This document shows, piece after piece, positions 7,927-16,423 of a stretch of DNA of 64,000 nt (position 1 is the stretch's first letter; each line of letters starts with the position of its first letter). The translations under genes were made by a program, and so were the position numbers. The notes under the pieces are model-generated. The model ran no database searches and was not told the origin of the DNA. It worked only from the letters and a program-made list of their open reading frames with translations. Location of the stretch: IMG/VR virus record IMGVR_UViG_3300037448_000016, positions 1-64,000 of that record, one strand, 5' to 3'. The DNA is from a virus (lineage: Duplodnaviria; Caudoviricetes).

Positions 7927-8750
7927 CAGTTCTCCTTACGGATTGACAGCCCGATGGCGGGCGGGAACGCTACGGCGAGCGCCTGAGTGAGGTCCGGCGC
8001 CATGCCCAGGTCGCCGTCCGAGGCCAGCACGATAGCCATGTGCTTGACGTGGCCGATCATCTCGCGCCGCAGCGCCCCGGCGCCGGGGGCTTCCCGGATG
8101 ATCTCGACGCGCCGGATCCGTTCTATCGGCAGCATGGTGGGCTTGTTCCGCTGACGGGCGTCCGGCGTGAGGCTCACCATGCTGCCGATGGTCTCCGTGA
8201 TCCGCGCCGTGGTGCTGGACAGTTCATCCTCAGGCTTCCGGACCCCCCGGTAGAAGATCTTGACGTAGTTGCCGGGGAACAGGGCGTACGGCGCTTCGGG
8301 TTCCTCCACGGCGGCGGCGACCTTGCTGAAAATGAGCCGGGCCTCCTGCACTTCCTTGACGCCGATGGCCCGCAGCGTCAGCCGCCAGGCTCGGGCCGTC
8401 GGCTGTGCCCCCCGTAGGCTGATGATCAGGTACGGCAGCGACAAGTCCCGGGCGGCTGAGATGTCGTCGTTGGACATCCGCGCCACGGTCGTCGGGTGGC
8501 TGTGGAACGTGGCCACCACGTCGAGCCCCGGCTTCTCCCGGTCGAGCGTGGTGTAGAACCTCAGAATCTCTTCGTCGTCCATCTTGTAGTGACCCACCGG
8601 ATCGGGGTGGACGTTCATCATCGGCACGACTTCCGTTCCGAGTCCTTCTGCCCCGACGATGAAACCGCAGGCTTCGCGCGGTTTGCTGTTCTGGCAGAAG
8701 GCGATCGCCTGACGCATCGCGTCGGCGGTCAGGTACAGCGGCTCGTTCAC
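7926..8750 (-). CDS. JAB/MPN+ metalloprotease with C-terminal extension
   Basis: REACG ... FHSHPTTVARMSNDD = E...HxH-x7-S-x2-D JAMM motif. Confidence 0.85.
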   Translation of the reverse strand: MNEPLYLTADAMRQAIAFCQNSKPREACGFIVGAEGLGTEVVPMMNVHPDPVGHYKMDDEEILRFYTTLDREKPGLDVVATFHSHPTTVARMSNDDISAARDLSLPYLIISLRGAQPTARAWRLTLRAIGVKEVQEARLIFSKVAAAVEEPEAPYALFPGNYVKIFYRGVRKPEDELSSTTARITETIGSMVSLTPDARQRNKPTMLPIERIRRVEIIREAPGAGALRREMIGHVKHMAIVLASDGDLGMAPDLTQALAVAFPPAIGLSIRKEN

Positions 8751-9244
8751 AGTTGGCCTCCCAGTTGATACCCGTAGAACAGAATTAGGAGAGCCCCCGC
8801 ACCCTGCATCAATCTGATATATACCGTTTCACCTCGCTCCCCCGTAACCATCCATCCCAGCGACACTTTCCGGTCGCTGAGCGGGTAGAAGAACCCCACA
8901 CCTTGCACGGTCAGCAGGTCGCACACCACGTGCGCCAGCCAGCCGGTGGACACCGCGAGCCCAGTGGTCGGCAGGATGAAAAATCCCACCAGCCAGCCGA
9001 ACCCGACGACAGCGAAGATCGAATGCATCCCCATCCGGTGGCCCCCCGCGAGGCGCCGGATCAGCCACGGGAATCGCCCGAGGTTTCGCCCCGCCGTGGA
9101 GGACGAGTGGTCCAGGTCTGGCAGATGCGATGCGATCATGGCGATCGGGAACCCCACCACCACGGCTTTCCAGTCGGGCAGAAGGAAGGGGACCGTCCCC
9201 AGCCATGCGACCTGACTGGTGACGATCCCCGCCTTCGCGTTCAC
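8747..9244 (-). CDS. membrane metal-dependent hydrolase (YbcI/YdjM-like)
   Basis: LPDLDH, HRMGMHS, AHVVCDLLT..GV motifs and TM helices. Confidence 0.8.
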   Translation of the reverse strand: MNAKAGIVTSQVAWLGTVPFLLPDWKAVVVGFPIAMIASHLPDLDHSSSTAGRNLGRFPWLIRRLAGGHRMGMHSIFAVVGFGWLVGFFILPTTGLAVSTGWLAHVVCDLLTVQGVGFFYPLSDRKVSLGWMVTGERGETVYIRLMQGAGALLILFYGYQLGGQL

Positions 9245-9636
9245 TCTTTCGGCAGATCAGTCACATCGGCCCGGATCACGGTGGGGTTGGCCGGGCGGCC
9301 GTTCTGGGTCCGGTAGGTCGGGCGCGGGCGGCCGATGGTGCCGCCCCGGTAGAGGCTGTTCAGCACGGAGCGCAGGGCGTCGCGCTCGGCCTTGTCGCGG
9401 GCCTTGCGCTTCTGCCGGGCCATGACGATGACGGCCAGCCACCAGTCCATGGATATTCCGCCCATCAGAATGCCGACGAGAGTTATCCAGGACACGTAAC
9501 GGTCGTGGCTGTCCTGGCCAACCCCACCGATGATCTTGTCGAATCCCCAGATGATCGAGAAGATCACCAGGCAGTGGAGCAGGAAGGAGAACACAACGCC
9601 CGCGTTGTGGGCGGCTTGCTGCGGTGTGCGGGCCAC
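9241..9636 (-). CDS. two-TM membrane protein
   Basis: Hydrophobic segments; GTGA coupling. Confidence 0.7.
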   Translation of the reverse strand: MARTPQQAAHNAGVVFSFLLHCLVIFSIIWGFDKIIGGVGQDSHDRYVSWITLVGILMGGISMDWWLAVIVMARQKRKARDKAERDALRSVLNSLYRGGTIGRPRPTYRTQNGRPANPTVIRADVTDLPKE

Positions 9637-9639
9637 GTC

Positions 9640-9969
9640 CTAGACCTCCAGGTTCCAGATGTAGACCGTGATGCCTTCGATCGAGCCGGACCGGGCCTGG
9701 CCGAAGCCGCCCTCGGCCGGGACGCGGAACCGCTCGCCAACCAGCGCATCGAAGCCGAGCGCGTTGGCCAGGTGCTGGCGGTGACCGGCGTCCTTGACCC
9801 GGATGCCCAGGCCCCGCTCCGTGTCGTACTGGAACGAGGTGATCGCGTCCCGCAGGTGCGGGCGGCGGGCGGCGGCGGCCAGCACGAGGCTGGTCACGGC
9901 CAGGCCGGTGCCGATGTCGGCCGGGTCGGGGTTGACGCTGTAGAGCGTGGTGCCAGTCGTCTGAGTCAT
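9640..9969 (-). CDS. hypothetical protein
   Basis: First gene after the promoter and (GAC)n leader. Confidence 0.7.
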   Translation of the reverse strand: MTQTTGTTLYSVNPDPADIGTGLAVTSLVLAAAARRPHLRDAITSFQYDTERGLGIRVKDAGHRQHLANALGFDALVGERFRVPAEGGFGQARSGSIEGITVYIWNLEV

Positions 9970-10001
9970 GATGACCTTCTTTCGTCGTCGTCGTTGGTAC
10001 G

Positions 10002-10031
10002 ATCCTACATGAACTGACCAGAAGTTGTCAA
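10002..10031 (-). promoter_or_regulatory. promoter TTGACA-N18-TAGGAT
   Basis: Read on the minus strand. Confidence 0.75.
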
Positions 10032-10038
10032 CTCTTTG

Positions 10039-10212
10039 TCAGAACCACCTGAACGGGTTGTCGGCCCAGCGCACACGCACGGCATGGTCATCGTTGGCCT
10101 CGGCAGTATGGAACCACCGGCCAGCGCTCGGAACGGCTGGTGTCAGCAGGAACACGATCTCCCCGAGGCACTCGGTACATACGTCCCGGTTGTCGTACGC
10201 CGTATCGTCCAT
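10039..10212 (-). CDS. small Cys/His protein
   Basis: TGATG coupling; MDDTAYDNRDVCTEC... Confidence 0.55.
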   Translation of the reverse strand: MDDTAYDNRDVCTECLGEIVFLLTPAVPSAGRWFHTAEANDDHAVRVRWADNPFRWF

Positions 10213-11207
10213 CAGAAGCCGAGCGGATCGTCCACCGTGAGCGTCACCGGATCCGGGTCGCGGTCCACGATCATGGCCAGCCCATCGCGGTTGAACGCGA
10301 GGAACTTGCCCGCCTGCGGATTGGCCTGGTCCTCCACGGCGCGGTTGTGCGCGTCGCGGTCCGCCCGCTGCTTCTCGTCCAGGTGCCGCTTGCGGATCCA
10401 TGGCAGCCGTAGCGCGGTGTGGCCCCGGGCGATACTGGCGTCGAGGTACCCCCGCTCGACGATTCCCGCGTCGGCCAGCGCGCCGAGCACCTCGATGTAG
10501 CGAGGCCAGGAGACCGGCTTGTCGATCACCAGGTGCCAGTGCCCCGGCGTGGACGACGGAACCAGCCGCACCGACTCGTCCACATCCAGGGCGACAACGT
10601 GCATCCCCTGGTTCGGGCCCGAGGCGATCTCGGACGACCAGACGTGCGATTCCTCGATCGGGGCCTTCTCCCGCGATTCGTTGACCATGGTGACGTCGTA
10701 ATCGTGATCGTCTTTAGTCGATGCGTAGTTGAAATCCACCCGGTAGGTGGGGTGCTCGAACTTCGACAGGTTGCCCATCACGGCGTCCATCTCCGTGGCG
10801 GGAGGCAGATCCGGCGCTGGCTTCCAGAGGTCCCCCCAGTCTTCGTGCATCAGGTCGGCGTTGTCGGCCAGCGCCCCGGCGCGCAGGCGCAGCGGGATCT
10901 CCCCCTGCGACCAGACGTTGTTCGACTCGACTTCGGTGCCGTCCATGAACCGGAAGCGCATGATCCGCCCACCGTGCCCGAGGAACGTCTTGTGCCGCTC
11001 GGCCGACATCGGGTTGATCACGTAGTGGCGGCCTTTCGCCCGGGCGACCCGCAGGCCGTCCGGCGTCACGTCACCAGCAGCGGCCCAGGCCAGTTTCTCG
11101 GCCCAGAAGGCGTGCAGGTGGTCCACGGACGGATCGCCGTGGACGGCGGCCATCTGCTGATCGGTGAGGTACTGCGCCGACTGGCCCTGCCTGTACTTGA
11201 TCGCCAT
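10212..11207 (-). CDS. two-domain protein; C-terminal half has AEP (primase-polymerase)-like motifs
   Basis: HVVALDVD ... SSTPGHWHL resemble AEP hDhD and sxH motifs; N-half has the GxHY..G.GGR..RF.DG....NVWSQG.IP phage motif. Confidence 0.55.
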   Translation of the reverse strand: MAIKYRQGQSAQYLTDQQMAAVHGDPSVDHLHAFWAEKLAWAAAGDVTPDGLRVARAKGRHYVINPMSAERHKTFLGHGGRIMRFRFMDGTEVESNNVWSQGEIPLRLRAGALADNADLMHEDWGDLWKPAPDLPPATEMDAVMGNLSKFEHPTYRVDFNYASTKDDHDYDVTMVNESREKAPIEESHVWSSEIASGPNQGMHVVALDVDESVRLVPSSTPGHWHLVIDKPVSWPRYIEVLGALADAGIVERGYLDASIARGHTALRLPWIRKRHLDEKQRADRDAHNRAVEDQANPQAGKFLAFNRDGLAMIVDRDPDPVTLTVDDPLGF

Positions 11208-11638
11208 CAGTTGTCACTCCAATCCTGGTATCCGTCAGTGGCTTCCATCTTGCGGAACGCGGCGTTCTGCTCGTCCATGTGCTCAGTCGAAGACAGCGCG
11301 GTGAGTTCGACCGGCTCGTCGTACAGGTACTCGCGCCAGTCCAGGTCGGGCGGCACCTGACCCATGAAGTTCTCGATCGCCTCGTGGGCACTCGTACCGA
11401 ATGGGTCGCGCTGATCCAGCATGGACGTCGGCACGTAGTAGCCACCCCAGGGCGTGTCGCCTTCGGTGGTGTAGTGCGCCTCGTCACCGGCCACTGCGTA
11501 GAGCGAGAAGGAGTGGTGGCGCTGGACGCGCTCTGATACCACCAGGTGGCCTTCGTATCCGTCCTTCATGAACGAAGGACGGTTCAGGGTCCGGCCGTCA
11601 TACCGGCCGCCCCGCAGAGTCAGTTTGGCTGTCGTCAT
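11207..11638 (-). CDS. hypothetical protein
   Basis: Leaderless-like position after the promoter; TGATG coupling downstream. Confidence 0.7.
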   Translation of the reverse strand: MTTAKLTLRGGRYDGRTLNRPSFMKDGYEGHLVVSERVQRHHSFSLYAVAGDEAHYTTEGDTPWGGYYVPTSMLDQRDPFGTSAHEAIENFMGQVPPDLDWREYLYDEPVELTALSSTEHMDEQNAAFRKMEATDGYQDWSDN

Positions 11639-11644
11639 GCCCTG

Positions 11645-11673
11645 ACCCTACGCTCTGGTCAGTGCGTTGTCAA
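11645..11673 (-). promoter_or_regulatory. promoter TTGACA-N17-TAGGGT
   Basis: TTGACAACGCACTGACC, identical core to the promoter at 61478. Confidence 0.75.
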
Positions 11674-12245
11674 CTCTTTATCCAGCGCTGAGCGGGGGGA
11701 TTCTCGTAGTAGGCCACCACGGCGCGGGCCTTCTCCAGCGTGTTCACCACGGGCAGCACCGCGAGGTTGCACCCGTACTCCCCGGGGTCCAGCAGGCCAC
11801 GCACCTCGCCGGTGACGTGGTCGTGGTCAACGGCCAGCCGCTTCGATACGCTGCGGCGTCCACAGATCGCGCACCGGCCCCGCTGCTTCAGGAACAGGAT
11901 GTCGTAATCGTCCGGGGTGAACGGCCGTCCGTTGATAACGTACGTCCGGGTCAGCATGGTGGCCCAGGCCCGGCTGTTGGTGCAGACCAGGCAGCGAGCC
12001 GCGCCCTTGCCGCAGTCGCTCAGCCGGACGAAGGTCTGGCAGCCCGAGCACCAGCGGCGTCCTGGCGGCCACTGAGCGCCCTGAACGCGAGCCACGTGCA
12101 GTTCGACCGGGATGGCCCGGCGGCGCCAGTCGGCGCGAACCTCGCGCTCCTCCGGGGCCAGCCTGGACGTCTGGCACTCGTAGCACTTCTGGCCACCCGG
12201 CGCCCGGTCGGCGCGGTGACAGGTCGAGCAGGGTGGGCGGGCCAT
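11670..12245 (-). CDS. recombination endonuclease VII-like protein
   Basis: QRGRCAICG...LAVDHDHVTGEVRGLL...CN plus N-terminal Zn-finger CxxC pairs. Confidence 0.85.
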   Translation of the reverse strand: MARPPCSTCHRADRAPGGQKCYECQTSRLAPEEREVRADWRRRAIPVELHVARVQGAQWPPGRRWCSGCQTFVRLSDCGKGAARCLVCTNSRAWATMLTRTYVINGRPFTPDDYDILFLKQRGRCAICGRRSVSKRLAVDHDHVTGEVRGLLDPGEYGCNLAVLPVVNTLEKARAVVAYYENPPAQRWIKS

Positions 12246-12262
12246 GATTCTCCCCAACGAAA

Positions 12263-12302
12263 AACGACCGCCGACACCTTCCCAGGTCGGCGGTCGTTCT
12301 TT
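12263..12302 (-). terminator. intrinsic terminator
   Basis: AACGACCGCCGAC/GTCGGCGGTCGTT 13-bp stem with T-run on the minus strand. Confidence 0.75.
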
Positions 12303-12316
12303 TCGGATGGTACTGG

Positions 12317-12673
12317 TTACGCCTGCGGGCTGTCCGCCACCGGAAGGCGGAACTGGACGGCGTTCTCAGTTCCCGGGCTGTGCGGCGCGTCGTGCTCGGC
12401 CTCCGCGTCTGCCTCGCTGACCACCGGCGCACCGGCCACGTTGTCGTGAGCGTCCAGGAACGCCTTGGTCTGCGTGACCCGGCCTTCGGCGGCGCGGACG
12501 TCGGCCTTCGCGTCCTCCAGCACCTTCAGCGCCTTGTCCGCCTTGGCCTGAAGGCCGTCCTTGCCCTCCTTGCCGGTGATCTTCTCGGCCAACTTGTCCC
12601 GGGCCGCGATGGCGTCGGCGTTGGACTTGACCAGAGTGGCGCGGTACTTGTCCGCGTCGAACGTCTTGGGCAT
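12317..12673 (-). CDS. coiled-coil hypothetical protein
   Basis: RBS GAGGAG; MPKTFDADKY... Confidence 0.7.
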   Translation of the reverse strand: MPKTFDADKYRATLVKSNADAIAARDKLAEKITGKEGKDGLQAKADKALKVLEDAKADVRAAEGRVTQTKAFLDAHDNVAGAPVVSEADAEAEHDAPHSPGTENAVQFRLPVADSPQA

Positions 12674-12801
12674 GGTGTGCTCCTCATGAGAAATTGGTTC
12701 AAAGATGTTGTGCGGGGTACCTTTACGGCTGGTCATACGCCGACTCCCGCTGCCCGGCCCGGAGCCCGGCCGCCGGAGGGGTGGCGGCCGGGCTGGTCGT
12801 A

Positions 12802-13581
12802 CTAGAAGGGGACGTCCGACTCCCTGATCGAATCGACCGGAGCGCTGGCCGGGATGGCCGCCCACGGGTCTTCGTTCTTCGCGGTGGCGGGCGTGGCCCA
12901 CGGGTCGTCACCGAGGCTGGCCGCCGGGGCGGCAGCCTTCGCTTCGGCCACGTAGCGGTCGACCACCGCGAGGGTTTCGGGAGTCGGCATCTCGATCTTC
13001 ACCGAGAAGCGGTTCGTCTCACCCTCGTTGCCGCCCTTGTTCGGCTCCCGCTTGTCCAGCCGGACCGAGAACTGCATCCCTGGCAGCGTTGCCCGCTGCC
13101 CGAGCGCCTTCAGGGCCTCGTTGAATTTGATCGGGATGTCCGGTCCGTCGATGAAGTACCGGCGCAGGCCGTCGTCGACGAACTCTGGGTTCTCGTTGGC
13201 CCGCTCCTTCGCCTTGCCGGAGAAGAACTCCTTGGCGCGGAAGGTGGTCAGCACGGTCAGAACCTTCATCGGCACGCCCTGGGCTTCCTTCAGCGCGGCG
13301 TCACCGTGGGCCCGAGCGAACTCGGCCTCGGTCATCGGGCCACGGTTCGGGTCGCTCTGCGGGGGCCACACCAGGAAGCCCTGCGGCGCCCCGGCGGTCT
13401 TGTCACGACCCTTGCCCCGGCGCTGCTTGACCTCGTACCCCTTTTTGGGGGCCGCGATCGGAGCCGGGGGCAGGATGATCCCGGTGAACACGTCACCCGG
13501 ATCGGAGTACTTCCAGGAGACAGCCTCGGGACCAACGGCCCCGCCTTCGCTGTCGTCCCAGTCATCACGTAGTTCGGCCAT
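12802..13581 (-). CDS. probable single-stranded DNA-binding/annealing protein
   Basis: Acidic flexible tail with DDPW, EDPW and terminal DVPF; located among replication genes. Confidence 0.6.
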   Translation of the reverse strand: MAELRDDWDDSEGGAVGPEAVSWKYSDPGDVFTGIILPPAPIAAPKKGYEVKQRRGKGRDKTAGAPQGFLVWPPQSDPNRGPMTEAEFARAHGDAALKEAQGVPMKVLTVLTTFRAKEFFSGKAKERANENPEFVDDGLRRYFIDGPDIPIKFNEALKALGQRATLPGMQFSVRLDKREPNKGGNEGETNRFSVKIEMPTPETLAVVDRYVAEAKAAAPAASLGDDPWATPATAKNEDPWAAIPASAPVDSIRESDVPF

Positions 13582-13659
13582 CAGTGCCTACTTTCGGTGT
13601 GGAAACAGTTTGCCATTCGAGTGCAAGTATCACTTTACATGACCCAGTCAGGAAGTCAA

Positions 13660-14031
13660 CTAGACGGCCGGTCCAAGCGCGCGATCGCGGACGTATTCGA
13701 TGTGCTCGAACAGGTCACCGATGGCCAGCCCCTGGTGATCGGTCAGGTGCTCGTACGCCCCCAGCGCGGTCAAGGCGACGTCCAACAGTTCCTTGCCGAC
13801 ACCGATCAGCGCGTCGCTGTCCTGCGGCTTGCGTGGGTTCTGACCGGTGAAGGCGATGAACGCGGCGATCACCTCGCCAAATTCTTCGCCGATCTTGGAG
13901 ATCCGGCCCCACGTGGCGGCCTCCCGGTCGCGGGCCGCGTTGCGCGGGGCCTCGTCGATCCACCGGCTGATCGCCACCAAGGACGTGGCGGCAACCGTCG
14001 CGGGGGCCTGGTCATACGTCGGGTAGTTCAT
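13660..14031 (-). CDS. MazG-like nucleotide pyrophosphohydrolase
   Basis: KIGEEFGEV...KELLDVALTA = EExxE...ExxD motif. Confidence 0.75.
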   Translation of the reverse strand: MNYPTYDQAPATVAATSLVAISRWIDEAPRNAARDREAATWGRISKIGEEFGEVIAAFIAFTGQNPRKPQDSDALIGVGKELLDVALTALGAYEHLTDHQGLAIGDLFEHIEYVRDRALGPAV

Positions 14032-14261
14032 GGTCGTCCTCCTAGGTACGGGGTGAGGCTGACGTCCACTCCGCTGTTGTCCGCCCGGCGGCGAGCCTGC
14101 TCGGTGATGAACTGGACTTGATCGAGTTGATCTGGCGTGCTGTCGCTGGAGATCGTCAGGTAATCGGCGATCTCCCGGTCGGTTATCCCTGGAGAGAACT
14201 CTCGGTGACCATCCAGCCATCGAGCAGCCGCCCGCAGTAGGTCGATCCGTTCGGGCGTCAT
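14028..14261 (-). CDS. hypothetical protein
   Basis: ATGA coupling on both sides. Confidence 0.6.
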   Translation of the reverse strand: MTPERIDLLRAAARWLDGHREFSPGITDREIADYLTISSDSTPDQLDQVQFITEQARRRADNSGVDVSLTPYLGGRP

Positions 14262-14494
14262 TCGTCCTCCAACGGTCCGTACAGGTCAGGGAACTCGCGC
14301 CGGTTGCGCTCGTTATCGGGTCTGGTCTCCAGCCACATCTGTCCCAGACGCTGCTCCATCGCGGCCTGGTTCCAGAGGACCCGGATGGGGGTCTCCTCGG
14401 CGAGGCGAACCGCGTCTTCCAGCATGGCATTGTCGATGTACTCGGTGGTTGGGTCGCTCACAGGACGACACCTCCATTGTCCATCGCGTTGCAA
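14258..14494 (-). CDS. hypothetical protein (start uncertain)
   Basis: Fills the gap in the coupled operon. Confidence 0.5.
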   Translation of the reverse strand: MQRDGQWRCRPVSDPTTEYIDNAMLEDAVRLAEETPIRVLWNQAAMEQRLGQMWLETRPDNERNRREFPDLYGPLEDE

Positions 14495-15639
14495 ATGGTG
14501 CTGGCGTATTTCAGCAGCGCGCCGTCGTTGTCCGTCCAGTCCGGGACCGGGTGCTGACGGTACAACTGGCGGATCTGATCGGACGTCGTGCAGGCGTCGA
14601 TCATCTGGTACAGGTCCGGCGCCGGGGTGAACGGGGACAGCCAGTTCTTGATGTTGCGGTGGTCTTTCACGGCTGGGACTGTCTCCACGGCGGCCTTGTA
14701 CCCCTTGGCGATGTCGGTCCAGATCGCCTGGCCATGACCGGTACCGGCCGGGAGCGAGAGAGTGATGGCCAGGTGCGGGCAGACGTCAGGGATGTCGTAC
14801 CGGGTCGCGCCGAGACCATCAGCCCACGGAACGTACTGCTTGCCGTGTGCGTAGATCGCTTCCTGCACACCCCACGACGCACCGTTCCACTGCACGGACT
14901 CGTTCTTTCCGGACTTCAGGTCACCGACGTAATGCCGCCGTCCGCACTGCTCGCCGGTCTTCTCGTTGATCACCATCAGGCACGGCCTGTACTTCCACAG
15001 CCGGTCGAATGTCCCTGCGAGCCGGACGTGATCGTGGTAGCCCCACTTGTTCAACAGTGGGCTGCCATCCTTGTCGAACCGGGGCTCGTCGAACGCGACG
15101 AAGCATTCCACTCCCGGCCGCCCGTCCGGCATGGTGGCGATCTCGAAGTACTGGGTGAGCCGCTTCCACGCTTCCAGGTCCGCCCGGAAGTCGTCACCCG
15201 GATCGACGGGCAGGCCGAGATCCCAGCGCTCGGTGATCGTGTGCAGCGCGGTGCCGACCCGGTCGGCCGAACTCACGATGCCCTTAGCCTTCTCGTACAG
15301 TTCGTTGTGCTTGCGCTTGGAGTCGCTGTCCTGTTCGGACGGGCCCAGCGCGGACCGCTCGGCTCGCAGCGCCTTGGACTGGTCACCGTAGTCGAGCATC
15401 GCCGAAACCACCATGCGCACCTCCCATTTGGAGAGGTTCGTGGTGTCCTCGACTTTCTTGCCGTGCGAAGAGGGACGACCGTAGAAGATCGCCTTGGAGC
15501 CGTCCGGCAGCCAGATCTTCGGCCGCCCGTCTTTCGGGTTGCGATGGACCGTGATCGAGTCTTCCACCCGGGGTGGCCGCTCGTATCCGTTCACCTGGGA
15601 GGCCGTAGCGTTGTCCCAGTCGTCGCGCAGTTTTGTCAT
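14458..15639 (-). CDS. PD-(D/E)XK exonuclease (RecE/Cas4-like)
   Basis: GTALH, AGTFDRL, VGDLKSG, Q.AIYA motifs. Confidence 0.75.
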   Translation of the reverse strand: MTKLRDDWDNATASQVNGYERPPRVEDSITVHRNPKDGRPKIWLPDGSKAIFYGRPSSHGKKVEDTTNLSKWEVRMVVSAMLDYGDQSKALRAERSALGPSEQDSDSKRKHNELYEKAKGIVSSADRVGTALHTITERWDLGLPVDPGDDFRADLEAWKRLTQYFEIATMPDGRPGVECFVAFDEPRFDKDGSPLLNKWGYHDHVRLAGTFDRLWKYRPCLMVINEKTGEQCGRRHYVGDLKSGKNESVQWNGASWGVQEAIYAHGKQYVPWADGLGATRYDIPDVCPHLAITLSLPAGTGHGQAIWTDIAKGYKAAVETVPAVKDHRNIKNWLSPFTPAPDLYQMIDACTTSDQIRQLYRQHPVPDWTDNDGALLKYASTICNAMDNGGVVL

Positions 15640-15651
15640 AGGCTCATTGTC

Positions 15652-16062
15652 TCACTGACCGCCGACAATCGGCATCGATCCGGTCTCGGCGAAAGGGTCA
15701 CGTCCCGCTACTCGCGCAAGGTATTCCGCTTCGCGTACCCGCTGCTCGTCGTGGGTCCGCCACGCCGTGGAGGACAGATGCGCGACGTCGATCCAGTGCT
15801 TCTCCCCCTCCATTTCCACGAGGGTCCGGCGGCGGAATTCGGCGAGCGTCCAGATGCGCATCACGCCCCTCCGGTTGCCCCGCAGCCAGAGTTCGGCACC
15901 TTCGTAGTGCCGGAATTTTGCCACGATCCGCAGGCCGATCGGGTAGGCGTCCTCCACCACGACCCAGGTGCGATGGGCGTCATCCTTGAACGCCTGCAAG
16001 GCATCGACCCAGCGGTGCCAGTAGACACGGTGCTTCACGTGCTGCCTCCACAGGAGCCTCAT
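15652..16062 (-). CDS. hypothetical protein
   Basis: ATGA coupling. Confidence 0.6.
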   Translation of the reverse strand: MRLLWRQHVKHRVYWHRWVDALQAFKDDAHRTWVVVEDAYPIGLRIVAKFRHYEGAELWLRGNRRGVMRIWTLAEFRRRTLVEMEGEKHWIDVAHLSSTAWRTHDEQRVREAEYLARVAGRDPFAETGSMPIVGGQ

Positions 16063-16352
16063 CCTTTCAGCCCCAGTCTGCGGCGGACCTTCTGGAGCGC
16101 TGTCCAGCGTTCGATGCCGACGTTCCTGTGGTTGCTGTAGTCCTCCAGCATGGAGATGGCCAGCGCGTCGGCCGTGCGGAAGTCGTTGAAGTCAGTGACC
16201 ATCTTGGTCACCGCCTCGGTGCTCATCGAGACGGATTCGGGCTGCGTCTCAGGCCAGATGATCCGCAACTGGCCGGTGTCGGTGTTGCGCTGGATGATCG
16301 GCGTGCCGTCCGGCGGAACCTCGGGGGGAGGCTTGTTCTTTCGCGTTGTCAT
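16059..16352 (-). CDS. hypothetical protein
   Basis: RBS GGAG; MTTRKNKPP... Confidence 0.6.
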   Translation of the reverse strand: MTTRKNKPPPEVPPDGTPIIQRNTDTGQLRIIWPETQPESVSMSTEAVTKMVTDFNDFRTADALAISMLEDYSNHRNVGIERWTALQKVRRRLGLKG

Positions 16353-16392
16353 CGGCTGCTCCAATGGGGTGGACACGGATCGTCGAGACTCC

Positions 16393-16422
16393 ATTGTCCA
16401 CCCCTTGACAGCAAGTTGTCAA
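16393..16422 (-). promoter_or_regulatory. promoter TTGACA-N18-GACAAT with inverted TGTCAA in the spacer
   Basis: TTGACAGCAAGTTGTCAA palindrome-like site. Confidence 0.6.
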
Positions 16423-16423
16423 C

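Noticed and set aside
12762-12793. 12-bp hairpin AGCCCGGCCGCC/GGCGGCCGGGCT as a terminator
   Set aside because: It has no U-tract and lies mid-operon; it may be a processing or stability element but cannot be assigned.
13632-13659. Promoter TTGACT-N16-TAAAGT upstream of the SSB-like gene
   Set aside because: Short spacer and off-register repeat; plausible but not supported well enough to list.
14458-15639. Cas4 indicating a CRISPR-Cas system
   Set aside because: It has only generic PD-(D/E)XK motifs in a recombination context, with no Fe-S cysteine cluster pattern, other cas genes or array.
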